IMG/VR virus record: IMGVR_UViG_3300032330_001252
Location: 1 to 64,000 of that record
Reading direction: 5' to 3' (one strand)
DNA: 64,000 bases
DNA from: a virus
Lineage: Duplodnaviria; Caudoviricetes
Shown here: in pieces, positions 34,698 to 45,622 of the stretch
Layout: the number at the start of each line of letters is the position of its first letter
Position numbering within the stretch: the first letter of the stretch is position 1
Notes under the pieces: model-generated
The model's database searches: none
What the model saw: the letters and a program-made list of their open reading frames with translations, nothing else
Told to the model about the DNA's origin: nothing
Translations under genes and position numbers: made by a program

Positions 34698-37487
34698 ATG
34701 TATATTGGAAATACTCCCTTCCAAGGTTTAGTTGGTGGCGGAAATATTCTAGACGCTTCGATTGAAGGCGTAGACCTAAGCACTAGTGCAATTGCAGCTA
34801 GACTTGGCTATACTCCTGTTGATCCAGGTGCAGCGGTATTCAGTGCCACAGTTGGTATTAGTTCTGGTAATTTAAATTTCAGCAGTACTGGTCAAAAGAT
34901 TACTGCTGATTTTAGTAATGGCACAGTAGCTAATCGCGCAGCTTTTCAAACAACCACAGCTAATTCAGCTACTCGTCTAACTGTGTTACCAAGTGGCACA
35001 GGAACAATTAGTGCTATTAACCTACACGGTGCTTCAGATCCCACAAATTCAAGTGTTGCTCAATTTAATATGGTTGACGGCACTAGTGCTCAAGTACAAT
35101 CAAATCGTTTTGGTACAGGTACTTATTACCCACTAACTTTCCACACAAGTAATACTGAACAAGTTCGTATTGATACCAGTGGTAACTTTAAACTAAATGG
35201 CGGATATATGTCATTTGGTGACAACGGATATATTCGCGCAGATTCAGAAGGTTGGTTACAACTACAAAGTGGTACTAGCGGTACCCGCATTATGAACTCT
35301 AGTAATGCAGCAGCATATGTAACTATAGACTCTAGTGGTAACTTTTTACTTGGCGTAACAGACACTAATCCGCCAACTAGCGCAAACGCATTTGCATTTG
35401 CAAAATCAGATAATACTTTACGTTTTAGCAATACAACAGCTGCTGGTAAAGTTTGGACTATAGGTACGGCTACACCAGGTATTGCAAGTCAAAGTGACTT
35501 CTTTAGTTTTGGTCGCTATAATGGTACTGCTTGGGCTGAATTAGCGCGTTTTGATAATGCTGGTCGCTTAATGATTGGAGTTACTTCAAATATTAATGCA
35601 ACCACAGCACTACAGGTGTATTGGTCAAATAATGCGCGTATTGGTATTGATAGTCCTGATAGCCAAGGATTTTATTTTACCAAAGCTGGTGCAAATAACG
35701 GTACTTTTAGAGTTGACACAAACGGTAACTACGAGTGGTACACAAAAACTGTTTCCCAAGCAATGATTTTAGCTGCTGGCGGTGATTTATTAATTAATGC
35801 TACTGCAAATTATACTGGTGCTAAACTATATGTAGAAAATAAAATTAATGTAAATTATAGTGGCGAAATTGCTATGCGCTATAATAATAGCAGTAGTACA
35901 GAAAATACTGGATACTGGAAAGGTATGACTGGTACTAGTCCTGCCTCTGGTGGTAGTGCTCGTGGATTACACCTATTTAATTATGACAAAGATAGTGATG
36001 AAGGTATTAACTTTTGGACAGGTATTCCAGGCTCTGCCACACGATTGGCGAGAATACTACCTAGTGGTAATGTTGGTATAGGTACAGATAGTCCAGCAGT
36101 AAAACTACATGTAACTGGAAATGGTGAAGTTTTAAGAGTTGCCACAACTACCAACGGTTATTTATCTTGGTATCGTGGAGCTACGTGGGCAGGGTATATT
36201 GATGCCGAATCTGGTGGAGATATGACTTATGCAAATGCCACTTCTACTGGTAATATAAAGTTTATTACTAACTCTGGTGAGCGTATGCGTATTACTGCCG
36301 GTGGTAGTGTTGGTATAGGAGAAACTAGTCCAGCTAATAGATTAAGTGTTACTAGTACAGGTTCAAGTAATACAGGTGTAATTGGTATTACTGCTACAGA
36401 TTCGTCAAGCTCATTTATTTGGGCATCTCAAGCTTTTGATTCAGTAATGCCAGCCGGTTCAACTTTCCTTCATATGATTGGAAAATCTGGATCTACAAGA
36501 AATGCTGGTTATATTGGGTATAGATGGAACAGTGATGCTGCATCAGGTAACTTACTAACATTTGGTCATTTTGGTGTTGACTACGCTATGAATCTCACGG
36601 GTGCAGGTAATGTTGGTATTGGTACTACGACCCCGCAAGGTACGCTAGAACTAAAAGGCAATTACGAAGCTGGATATAGTTTAGTTCTTTCAGGAACTTA
36701 TGGTACTGGTAGATCTTGGGGTTTTCGCACACACGGTGGAAATTCTGAAACATTTGCACTATACGATATAACAGGTACCCTTCGTAGAATGTATTTTAGT
36801 TCTACAGGTGAAACAGTATTTGAAAATGGAAGTGGTGTACAACGTTTATTTATTGATGCTAATGGTCAGGTTGGTATTGCCACAGCGCCAGGTTACAAAT
36901 TTCATGTTGAGGATAGTTCTGCATTAAGCTCTGGTTTCCGCAATCACTCTAGCTTTACTATGAGTAATATGACTGGGGGCGGTTTATCAGTTGGTATAGG
37001 TAAATCAGGTAGTACAAATAACTTAGCAAAAGTAGTATTTAACTATGCTGGTAGCGGAAGTACAAGTAACTCACTTGGTCTTGGTTTTTGGGATAACGAC
37101 AATAAGTGGAAATTATTTCCTACTGGTCGACTAGACATAAACGGTGTAAGCGTATTTTATACTGCTGGTAACTGTGGTGGCGTAGATAGTTTTTATGTTG
37201 ATATTCCTATTGCTAATGATAATACTGGTAGTGCTAATACATATCATATTCAAGCAAGTTTCTCACATGCAAGCTGGGGTGGTTACGGATGCTTACTAGA
37301 CACTTGGTATAATGCTAGAGGTGCTGGTAACTTTATTGAACAGTATGATACCAGAGCAGTAACTAGCAGTAACGGCGGTAGCTGGTCAGTTTCAAAACCT
37401 GCTGCAGGTACACTGCGCATTACTAAAAATGCTGGTACTTATAGTGGCGGTGGTCCTTATTGGATTCGAGTAACTTTTGCAGCATAA
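34698..37487 (+). CDS. Long tail fibre 1
   Basis: 929 aa, Gly/Ser/Thr-rich, with repeated ERMRI...GNVGIGT knobs. Confidence 0.75.
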   Translation: MYIGNTPFQGLVGGGNILDASIEGVDLSTSAIAARLGYTPVDPGAAVFSATVGISSGNLNFSSTGQKITADFSNGTVANRAAFQTTTANSATRLTVLPSGTGTISAINLHGASDPTNSSVAQFNMVDGTSAQVQSNRFGTGTYYPLTFHTSNTEQVRIDTSGNFKLNGGYMSFGDNGYIRADSEGWLQLQSGTSGTRIMNSSNAAAYVTIDSSGNFLLGVTDTNPPTSANAFAFAKSDNTLRFSNTTAAGKVWTIGTATPGIASQSDFFSFGRYNGTAWAELARFDNAGRLMIGVTSNINATTALQVYWSNNARIGIDSPDSQGFYFTKAGANNGTFRVDTNGNYEWYTKTVSQAMILAAGGDLLINATANYTGAKLYVENKINVNYSGEIAMRYNNSSSTENTGYWKGMTGTSPASGGSARGLHLFNYDKDSDEGINFWTGIPGSATRLARILPSGNVGIGTDSPAVKLHVTGNGEVLRVATTTNGYLSWYRGATWAGYIDAESGGDMTYANATSTGNIKFITNSGERMRITAGGSVGIGETSPANRLSVTSTGSSNTGVIGITATDSSSSFIWASQAFDSVMPAGSTFLHMIGKSGSTRNAGYIGYRWNSDAASGNLLTFGHFGVDYAMNLTGAGNVGIGTTTPQGTLELKGNYEAGYSLVLSGTYGTGRSWGFRTHGGNSETFALYDITGTLRRMYFSSTGETVFENGSGVQRLFIDANGQVGIATAPGYKFHVEDSSALSSGFRNHSSFTMSNMTGGGLSVGIGKSGSTNNLAKVVFNYAGSGSTSNSLGLGFWDNDNKWKLFPTGRLDINGVSVFYTAGNCGGVDSFYVDIPIANDNTGSANTYHIQASFSHASWGGYGCLLDTWYNARGAGNFIEQYDTRAVTSSNGGSWSVSKPAAGTLRITKNAGTYSGGGPYWIRVTFAA

Positions 37488-37499
37488 CAAGGACAAACA

Positions 37500-37865
37500 A
37501 TGATACTATTATTTAATACAGCAGGACAACACGTGTTTTCCTGCTTACATATACCAGATTCACATAAAACTAGTGAGTATACTGCTGCAAAATTACCTGA
37601 TACTGAAACTTTTGATATTAACCGCGTTTATACACTAGTAGAGGGTGAAATTGTTGTAGGTGAATTAAAGCCTGTTGATCAAGCAGAAATTGCACGAATT
37701 GAAACAGAACTTGCCGCAATGCAATATCAGCAAGAACGTAGACAAGCATACCCTTCTATAGAAGATCAACTAGATACATTGTATCACGGTGGATATGATG
37801 CTTGGAAAACAGAAATTGCTGTAATCAAAGCCCAATACCCTAAACCAACGGGAGGTAACGCATGA
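37500..37865 (+). CDS. Tail fibre assembly chaperone
   Basis: YQQERRQAYPSIEDQLD.LYH...IKAQYPKP; follows a fibre gene. Confidence 0.7.
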   Translation: MILLFNTAGQHVFSCLHIPDSHKTSEYTAAKLPDTETFDINRVYTLVEGEIVVGELKPVDQAEIARIETELAAMQYQQERRQAYPSIEDQLDTLYHGGYDAWKTEIAVIKAQYPKPTGGNA

Positions 37866-40800
37866 GTTACATAGGAAATAGTCCAGGAGTAGCGTCACAA
37901 CGTGTAACGACTACCTTAACGGCAACAGCTGGGCAAACTCAGTTTACTACCCAGTCAGGTTATGTTTTAGGTTACGTAGACGTATACTTAAACGGTGCTA
38001 AATTAGTAAATGGTTCGGACTTTGAAGCTATCACAGGTACTTATATCACCCTATTTGCCGGGGCTGCGGTTAATGATGTCATTGAATTGGTTAGCTATGT
38101 TCCACGCGGGTTATCGGATGGATACACCAAAGCCGAAGCAGATGCCAAGTTTCTTGACGTTGGTGGTGATACTGCTAGTGGAACAATTAATCTAGGTACT
38201 AACGGACTAACAGTTGGCACTAATCAATTAGTTGCTAACGGCGGTTTTGTTGGTATTGGTACAGCTAGTCCAACAAACAAATTAACAATTCAAGCCGATG
38301 CTACTGGTGTATCGTTTGCTGATAATGCAATAGCACAGCTTTTAATTGAAGGTTTAACCGATTATACAAAACGCCTTGGTTTGGGTATTGACACAACAAA
38401 CAATGTTGGCGTTATCCAAGCACAAAAATATGGAACAGGTAATTATCCATTAGCAATTAATCCCGCAGGTGGTAATGTTGGTATTGGTACAACTAGCCCT
38501 AGTTCAGCATTATATGTAAGACGCACTAGTGGTAATTCAGGAATTTATACTGACTATAATGGTACTAACATTGGTCGTATTGAAGCTGCCTCAAATGGCA
38601 ATTTATATATTGGTATTACAACTGGTAATGGCGATATTGCTATCGGCAACACTGCAAATACTTCTGTAATTAATATTCTATCCTCTGGCAATGTAGGTGT
38701 TGGTACAGCCAGTCCAAGCGGTAAATTTCACGTATCACAAACTTCTGGAAGCATGTACATAAACGTTGCTGGCGGTATTCCAAGAATGTATCTTGGTGGT
38801 GGCAACGGCTGGGGTTTCAACCGAATTACTGCAACCGAAGATATTTTCTTTGGTGAGCCAGGCGACACAGGAACTTGGAGAGTTCGTGGGTCGGGAACAA
38901 TTTCCCTAGGTGTAGGTAACACTGCTACATCAATGACCATTGTTGGTGATGGCGGTAACGTTGGTATTGGTACTTCATCACCAGCTTACCCTCTTGATAT
39001 TTTAAAAACGCAAGACGGAAGTACCATAGTTCAAGTAACTAATGCTTCTACAGGTACATCAGCCAGAACCAGACTACTATTTACAGGCGATGCATCAGCA
39101 GGCAGTTTAAGTGCTGGTATGCACAACAGCGCACATGCCAGCTATCCAAATCAAGCATGGATCTGGGCTAGTGGTTCAACAACTCCACTTGTATTAGGTA
39201 CGCAAGGTACTCCAAGATTAACTATTGATAGTTCGGGTAGTGTAGGCGTTGGATTAACTCCAAGTTCACAGTTTAGTGCGGGTAAAGCTATTGAAGTAGG
39301 CTCAGCGGGTAATGCTTTCTGGTCTAATGGTGCAAATGACGTTAGAATGTCTGCAAACGTAAAATACAATTTACATGCAGCAACAGGTTACGCTAGTACA
39401 TATGTACAAAGTGCTGGCGTACATACATGGAACACTTCTCCTTCTCAAGCAGCAGGTACTGCGGTAGCTTGGAATACCGGAATGACATTAAGTGCATCTG
39501 GTTACCTTGGTATTGGTACTGCTAGTCCAGCAGGCTATTTACACTCAGAAGGTAGTGCAGCAATAAATGCACTATTACGTAACCCATTAGCTAGTGGGTA
39601 TACTACTTTACGTTTATATAATGATATAAATAGTGCATATCGCGCTCTTGAAATTGACTATAATGGCTCTACCTACCCTGGAGGAGAGCTGGCTTGGATT
39701 GGCACTACGGGTGCATATCCAGTAGTTCTTGCTACAAATAATACCGAACGTATTCGTATTAATGGTTCAGGTTATTTTGGTATTGGAACTTCTAATCCAA
39801 TAACATTACTACACGCTAAAGCTACTTCTGCGGCAGATGTTACCTATAGACTTGAACCTTATACCAATGCTTATGCAAGTAAACTACTTATTAGTTCACA
39901 ATCTTCAGGTGATGGTGGTATTCAGTATGGTGCAGGCGGTGGTAATGATTTAAATGTTTTTGCATATGGAAATATAACATTTTTAAACGGTACAGGTTCA
40001 ATTAGTGGTGGTATTGGCACAGAACGTGTGCGTATTGACTCCAGTGGTAACGTTGGTATTAATACTACTAGTCCATTAACTGGTGGTGGTGGTGCTCGTT
40101 GGTTAACTATTGCTGGTAATACTGGAAATAGTTATAGTGGAGGTATTGCATTTAGTATTGGTACTACTAATCAGTGCTGGGTATATCAAGACACTGATAA
40201 CTACTTTTCAAATCAAGGTGCTGGTTCAAACGCAGGATTTAAGTGGGGATTTGGTGCCACTGACTATATGCGTTTAAATAGTACTGGCTTGGGTGTTGGT
40301 ACATCAAGTCCAAGCGCTAAACTTGAGGTTAGAGGTGCTACTAGTGATAATATTATAGCTGCTAATGCTATTTTTAAAGCTACTGGTTCTGGTGGTGACG
40401 GTATTGCAATAGGTGCAACAAATTCTTCACCTTGGGCCAATTGGATTCAATCTGGCTATTTAGGTAATGGATATAGCCCAGCATTTAATAGTGGGTATCA
40501 GTTATCCCTAAACCCAGTAGGCGGTATTGTTACTGTAGGTACTACTAGTACTGGTGATGGCGGTAGTAAATTGGTTGTTAATGGAGCTGCAACATTTGGA
40601 ATTCCAGGACGTTTTGTTCATGCCTGGTGGCAAGGAGTCTCTCAGGGTACTACCTATCTACATATTCGTACTAGTATGTGGGGTGGTGGCGCTACTTATG
40701 GTAACCGTGATTATATAATGGGTGGTTTCCGTATTATGGGATATCAGTATACTACTCCAGGCAACTGTGACCAATGGATTCAATTCCATAATTGGAGTGG

Positions 40801-41011
40801 AAGTACTAATAATGGGTACAACAAGTCAAATGCTGGAAATTGGGATGCTGACAACTATGCGTATGTAGATTCTACTGGATATGTTACTTTAAGATTAGCA
40901 ACTCCAAGTAATTATACTGCATATACTGTTGATTTACATCAAACTGCTATATATGCTGTAAGAACTATAACCGTAACTGCTGTAATAGCATCTAATAGTA
41001 CTACAATTTAA
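37862..41011 (+). CDS. Long tail fibre 2
   Basis: 1049 aa; N-terminal ATAGQT.F...VDVYLNG.KL; repeated GNVGIGT. Confidence 0.75.
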   Translation: MSYIGNSPGVASQRVTTTLTATAGQTQFTTQSGYVLGYVDVYLNGAKLVNGSDFEAITGTYITLFAGAAVNDVIELVSYVPRGLSDGYTKAEADAKFLDVGGDTASGTINLGTNGLTVGTNQLVANGGFVGIGTASPTNKLTIQADATGVSFADNAIAQLLIEGLTDYTKRLGLGIDTTNNVGVIQAQKYGTGNYPLAINPAGGNVGIGTTSPSSALYVRRTSGNSGIYTDYNGTNIGRIEAASNGNLYIGITTGNGDIAIGNTANTSVINILSSGNVGVGTASPSGKFHVSQTSGSMYINVAGGIPRMYLGGGNGWGFNRITATEDIFFGEPGDTGTWRVRGSGTISLGVGNTATSMTIVGDGGNVGIGTSSPAYPLDILKTQDGSTIVQVTNASTGTSARTRLLFTGDASAGSLSAGMHNSAHASYPNQAWIWASGSTTPLVLGTQGTPRLTIDSSGSVGVGLTPSSQFSAGKAIEVGSAGNAFWSNGANDVRMSANVKYNLHAATGYASTYVQSAGVHTWNTSPSQAAGTAVAWNTGMTLSASGYLGIGTASPAGYLHSEGSAAINALLRNPLASGYTTLRLYNDINSAYRALEIDYNGSTYPGGELAWIGTTGAYPVVLATNNTERIRINGSGYFGIGTSNPITLLHAKATSAADVTYRLEPYTNAYASKLLISSQSSGDGGIQYGAGGGNDLNVFAYGNITFLNGTGSISGGIGTERVRIDSSGNVGINTTSPLTGGGGARWLTIAGNTGNSYSGGIAFSIGTTNQCWVYQDTDNYFSNQGAGSNAGFKWGFGATDYMRLNSTGLGVGTSSPSAKLEVRGATSDNIIAANAIFKATGSGGDGIAIGATNSSPWANWIQSGYLGNGYSPAFNSGYQLSLNPVGGIVTVGTTSTGDGGSKLVVNGAATFGIPGRFVHAWWQGVSQGTTYLHIRTSMWGGGATYGNRDYIMGGFRIMGYQYTTPGNCDQWIQFHNWSGSTNNGYNKSNAGNWDADNYAYVDSTGYVTLRLATPSNYTAYTVDLHQTAIYAVRTITVTAVIASNSTTI

Positions 41012-41020
41012 GGAAACAAA

Positions 41021-41185
41021 ATGATAAAAAATGAAGCAATTCAAAAAATAAATGAAACTATGTTTCCTGCGGCCAAAAACGGTGATGATGTGCTATTTGA
41101 AGGTTACTGGTTTTTAATGACAAATGACAAGTGGGCTATAGATGATTCTAAAGCCCATCCTGCCGAGGAGGTAGCCGATGAGTAA
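41021..41185 (+). CDS. 54-aa hypothetical protein (not in the ORF track), possible fibre chaperone
   Basis: MIKNEAIQKINETMFPAAKNGDDVLFEGYWFLMTNDKWAIDDSKAHPAEEVADE*; AAGGA RBS. Confidence 0.55.
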   Translation: MIKNEAIQKINETMFPAAKNGDDVLFEGYWFLMTNDKWAIDDSKAHPAEEVADE

Positions 41186-44100
41186 AGCCCTAGAATTAGC
41201 CAAATTCGGTCGTGAGAGTGCTCCCACCGGTGCGGTTATTGGTGATACAGACACACAAACACTAAGCGCCAAGACTTTTTCAGATAGTCCGATTTTTAGT
41301 TCAGGAACTGCCAATGGTGTTCCTTACCTAAATGGCAGCAAAGTATTTACAACTGGTTCCGCACTAGTATTTGACGGCACTAACTTGGGCGTTGGAGTTG
41401 CCAGTCCAACAGCCAAACTACATGTTGGTGTAGTTGGCGATAACGAAACTGTTATCGCACGTTTTGGTACAACCAGTACAGGTAGTGTTCTTTCATCACT
41501 GAAAATATTATCAGACCCTAGTACAAGTACTGTTAAATTTGATGCCACAGGTGCAGTTGGAAATAATATAACATTTTTAACTGGTGGCACAGAACGTGTA
41601 CGTTTTGATAATAATGGTCAGGTTGCAGTGGGCAGTTCACCAAATGCAGGCTGGGTAGGCACTAAATCTATTATGTTAGGTCAAAGTGCCAGTTTTTATG
41701 GTGATGGTCAAACATACAACTGGCCAGCAGGTATTGCAACTAATGCGTATCGTACAAACGCTACAACTTGGAAATATCAAGCACCTACTGCAAGTTTATT
41801 AGCTAGCTGGAGATATGAACAAGGTAATGTTGTTGATGGTTGGGGTTGGTTTTATGCTGCCACAGGAGCAATAGATACTACTATTAGCTATAGTCAATTA
41901 ATGAAATTGACCAGTAGTGGTAACTTTGGCGTTGGCATAGACCCAAGCTATAAGTTGCATGTAAATGGTGATGCATATATAGTTGGTAATACGTATGTAC
42001 CAGGTAAACTAATACAAAGTAGTTTAACTAGTTATCCTCAACAGTCAATAAGTTTAAGCGTAGGTACAGCTACTTGGGTTAAAATGTTTACCATTACAAG
42101 TCCAGGTGGTTGTCGAGTTAGATATAATGCTGGAAGTAATAATTCTGAAGAACAAGGTGAATTTACTGTAAAAGGTACCTATGTAGCTTCTGGCACTCAG
42201 TTAACTTGGACTCGTCAAACTTACTACCATAATATAACAGAAATTCGTGTTACTGGTAGTAATAGTACTCCATATACTGTGTGGGCATTAGTAAGAACCA
42301 CAGAATTTGTTCCAAGTTTTAACTGGCAAGTTATTGAAGCATTAAATTCAGTAACCCTATACAATACCACAGGAGAAACACCCGGTACAGCTGTAGCAAG
42401 TATTAATAGTCCTGGTTATAATAGTACTAATTTTACAGGCGATAGTATTGTTAACGGTAACCAAGGTATTGGCACTTATACTCCGTATAAAAAGTCACAT
42501 ATAGTTGGTGGTGCTTTAGCCATTGACTCAAGTTCAGCAACAGCTAGTGGCGTTTCCGATGCTGGTCAAACAAATAATTTATTATATTTAAGAACACCTT
42601 ATTCTAGTAACGCTGGATCTGTTACCAATAATGGTATGAAATGGGGTATAAGATTTGTAGGCAGAGCAGGTGATAATGTTTGGGGCGAAGGTAAGGCTGC
42701 TTCTATTTATGCTGTAAGTGAAGAAGATACTGGTGCTGGATATAACCGAAAAGTTGGTTTAAGTTTTTGGACTTCTGGATTTGATCTTGATCAAGCAGAA
42801 CGTTTGCGTATTGATAATAATGGTCGCGTAATCATTAATCCAACACAAGCTACCAATTATACAGCAATGCTTGATATTTATGGTGGTGGTGGTGCTACAG
42901 CATTGGGCGCTATTCGTATTGGTGACGGTAATTATGCTAGTGGACATACCAACTACTGGGATATTGGTCGAGATAATAACGTTTCAGGTGATTTTACTTT
43001 TGCACTAAATACTAGTGAAAAGATGCGTATTAAAACTAATGGTAAAGTTGGTATTGGTACAACTGATCCACAGGAAATATTACATGTTCAAGGTAAAATG
43101 CGTTTATTTGATGGTGGATATCCCTATATTGACCTAGGTATTAGTACAAGTAATTATTGGAGAATCATCAATGATAATCCAAATGATGTACTAAAAATAG
43201 GTAAAAACGGTGCAGCATCATTTATGATTGATGCTACTGGTAACTCCTATGTTAATAGCTCAAATCCATCGACTGGTATTAATTTATATATTCGAAATAC
43301 CACTGATACTGGTGGCGATAATACTCGTTATGCTGGTATTCAGTTTCAAATTGGTAGTGATTTAGGTACTGCTGCAATTCAAGCATATAGAACTGCCAGT
43401 GCAAGCGATTATTCAACAGCCCTAGTATTTTTAACTAAAGGAACTGGAGCCCCAGCTACAAATCCTGTAGAACGTATGCGTTTAAATAGTTTAGGCTATT
43501 TAGGTATTGGTACTAATAATCCTGTAAGTGCGTTGCACGTTGTAGGAGCTGTTAATAATACCTCTACTAGTGCTGGTGTACATGCAGGCTTATATGCTGG
43601 TACTTATGGTGCAGTTGAATTAGTATCACTTGCCGGTGGATCAAGTTGGATTGACTTTCATGATACTGCTGGTGATGATTATATTGAACGTATTCGCGGC
43701 GGTGATGGTGCATTAAAATTTTATACAAATAAAAATAATACTCCAAGTGTAACTATTAGTAGTAGTGGAGCTGTATCTTTAACTGGAACTATAACCAATT
43801 CGCAAGGCGGCGGTACTGGTAGTACAAGTACTCACTATGCAGCAGCAACTATTTCACCTACTAGTGCAAGTAATGGTACAGCTATTTATGACATTTATTT
43901 ACCAAATTATTTTACTGTAACTGATGCCATGGATTTAGAACTATATGTTCATTCAAATCCAAATGGCGGTGGTAGTGGAAGTTATCGTCAAACAAAACAT
44001 ATTACAGCACATTGTTTGACTCAGTGGCATGGATCAGGATATACCCCATTTTTAGAATGGGATAGCGTCAATGATTATATGGGTTTAGGTTTTGATTGTG

Positions 44101-44279
44101 TAATATTCTTTCAACCAAGCGGACAAGAGTTTACTACTCAAGTAACAAGTACAGCTGCAAATAATAGTAGTTATTTTTGGAGCACTCCTGGAGTTTATTT
44201 ACGAGTTAAAGTAAGTGGATTTAACTCTAGTTACTCTGGTGTTCAATCACTTGGACTAATAGTAGGGCATAAATCATGA
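41178..44279 (+). CDS. Long tail fibre 3
   Basis: 1033 aa; repeated ERVRF/EKMRI...GIGT knobs. Confidence 0.75.
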   Translation: MSKALELAKFGRESAPTGAVIGDTDTQTLSAKTFSDSPIFSSGTANGVPYLNGSKVFTTGSALVFDGTNLGVGVASPTAKLHVGVVGDNETVIARFGTTSTGSVLSSLKILSDPSTSTVKFDATGAVGNNITFLTGGTERVRFDNNGQVAVGSSPNAGWVGTKSIMLGQSASFYGDGQTYNWPAGIATNAYRTNATTWKYQAPTASLLASWRYEQGNVVDGWGWFYAATGAIDTTISYSQLMKLTSSGNFGVGIDPSYKLHVNGDAYIVGNTYVPGKLIQSSLTSYPQQSISLSVGTATWVKMFTITSPGGCRVRYNAGSNNSEEQGEFTVKGTYVASGTQLTWTRQTYYHNITEIRVTGSNSTPYTVWALVRTTEFVPSFNWQVIEALNSVTLYNTTGETPGTAVASINSPGYNSTNFTGDSIVNGNQGIGTYTPYKKSHIVGGALAIDSSSATASGVSDAGQTNNLLYLRTPYSSNAGSVTNNGMKWGIRFVGRAGDNVWGEGKAASIYAVSEEDTGAGYNRKVGLSFWTSGFDLDQAERLRIDNNGRVIINPTQATNYTAMLDIYGGGGATALGAIRIGDGNYASGHTNYWDIGRDNNVSGDFTFALNTSEKMRIKTNGKVGIGTTDPQEILHVQGKMRLFDGGYPYIDLGISTSNYWRIINDNPNDVLKIGKNGAASFMIDATGNSYVNSSNPSTGINLYIRNTTDTGGDNTRYAGIQFQIGSDLGTAAIQAYRTASASDYSTALVFLTKGTGAPATNPVERMRLNSLGYLGIGTNNPVSALHVVGAVNNTSTSAGVHAGLYAGTYGAVELVSLAGGSSWIDFHDTAGDDYIERIRGGDGALKFYTNKNNTPSVTISSSGAVSLTGTITNSQGGGTGSTSTHYAAATISPTSASNGTAIYDIYLPNYFTVTDAMDLELYVHSNPNGGGSGSYRQTKHITAHCLTQWHGSGYTPFLEWDSVNDYMGLGFDCVIFFQPSGQEFTTQVTSTAANNSSYFWSTPGVYLRVKVSGFNSSYSGVQSLGLIVGHKS

Positions 44280-44605
44280 TTACAACAAAAATATATCAAT
44301 TAACAACTTTTGACGTAGAAGATTTAACTAACTGTGTACTTACAGTTAGTTGGTCTGTTACAGCACCTCTGGGCATTAACGGTCCAGATGGTGAACCAAT
44401 GACAGAATCTATTTTTTATAAATCTACTTTGGATTTACCACAAAATAGCACAAGCTTTATTAACTACTCTGATTTAACAGAACAACAAGTTATCGCTTGG
44501 ATTGAAACAAAGCCAGAGTATACCGAAACAATTAAAAAACTTGAACTTAAAGTCAAGACTACTCAATCCCCTCCACAAGTTCAACCGTTGCCATGGGCAC
44601 AATAA
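44276..44605 (+). CDS. Putative fibre chaperone
   Basis: FI.YSDLTEQQVIAWI...LPW motif; paralogous to 44621..44932. Confidence 0.55.
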   Translation: MITTKIYQLTTFDVEDLTNCVLTVSWSVTAPLGINGPDGEPMTESIFYKSTLDLPQNSTSFINYSDLTEQQVIAWIETKPEYTETIKKLELKVKTTQSPPQVQPLPWAQ

Positions 44606-44620
44606 TAAGGAAATTCTAAA

Positions 44621-44932
44621 ATGGAATTCAAAATCGTACAACTAGAGCGCCAACTACCAAGCGGCGGAATTACAGTAGCACACTGGACTGTGTCAAAAAC
44701 TGACGGGGACGTAACAGTCTCCAGTTATGGTGCACAAGGTTTTCAACCAGACCCTCAGGCAGAAGGATTTGTGGCATTTCCACAAGTAACTGAAGCACAA
44801 GTTATTGGTTGGATTCAGGACGCCATGGGCACCGAAGGTGTTGCAAGCTTAGAAGCATCACTAGACGCTCAAATCGCACAAATCAAAACACCAAGCACTG
44901 CTACTGGCATGCCTTGGTTCGTAGCGGAGTAA
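44621..44932 (+). CDS. Putative fibre chaperone
   Basis: FVAFPQVTEAQVIGWI...GMPW motif. Confidence 0.55.
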   Translation: MEFKIVQLERQLPSGGITVAHWTVSKTDGDVTVSSYGAQGFQPDPQAEGFVAFPQVTEAQVIGWIQDAMGTEGVASLEASLDAQIAQIKTPSTATGMPWFVAE

Positions 44933-44939
44933 TTGACTA

Positions 44940-45356
44940 GTGTGGTTCTTTAACTTTATACCAGGAACGTTGTTTTATTTACTATTTTTAGCATCAGGAA
45001 TAGGCTATGTAATTAGCCTATTTCTACCAGCTACAATCTTACAAAAACAAGTAAAAATTGCAAGCGTTGTGGCACTTGCAGTCTCCATCTACCTACTAGG
45101 TATGCTTTATGTAAACAACTGGTGGAAAGATAAAGCAGCCCAGTTAGAACAACAAGTAGCTGAACTATCGGTCAAGAGTGCCCAAACTAATACTGTAATT
45201 GAGAAAAAGTTAGTTACCCGAACCGAAATAGTCAAGGTACGTGGTGATGACATTGTTAAATACGTTGACCGTGAAGTTACAAAATACAATGATGGTTGTG
45301 TGATTCCACAAGAATTTATTACAGCGCATAATTTATCAGCGGAGCAACCCAAATGA
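44940..45356 (+). CDS. Inner-membrane spanin (Rz-like)
   Basis: N-terminal TMs, periplasmic coiled coil and C-terminal C.IP.EF...HN. Confidence 0.7.
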   Translation: MWFFNFIPGTLFYLLFLASGIGYVISLFLPATILQKQVKIASVVALAVSIYLLGMLYVNNWWKDKAAQLEQQVAELSVKSAQTNTVIEKKLVTRTEIVKVRGDDIVKYVDREVTKYNDGCVIPQEFITAHNLSAEQPK

Positions 45357-45622
45357 AAACTTTAGCAATCATACTAGCACTTGCTTTATCAGCCTGCTCC
45401 ACAGTGGTTCCAGTCACAGCCAAGTTTCCTGAGCCTCCTGGATTACAAGCTCAGCAACGTTGCCCTCAATTGCAAAAACTTGGCGATAATGCACAATTAA
45501 GTGATGTTGCCAAAACCGTTACTGTTAACTATACCGAGTACTATACTTGTGCAGTTAAAGTAGATGCTTGGACCGAATGGTATAGCAAGCAAAAAATCAT
45601 TTTTGAAAGTTTGGGAAAATGA
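45353..45622 (+). CDS. Outer-membrane spanin lipoprotein (Rz1-like)
   Basis: Lipobox LSAC; Pro-rich; adjacent to the i-spanin and endolysin. Confidence 0.75.
   Translation: MKTLAIILALALSACSTVVPVTAKFPEPPGLQAQQRCPQLQKLGDNAQLSDVAKTVTVNYTEYYTCAVKVDAWTEWYSKQKIIFESLGK

Noticed and set aside
34698-44279. Diversity-generating retroelement or invertible segment acting on the fibres
   Set aside because: No reverse transcriptase or invertase in the window, and I saw no ~100-bp adenine-mismatch repeat pair; a dot-plot would be needed to exclude it fully
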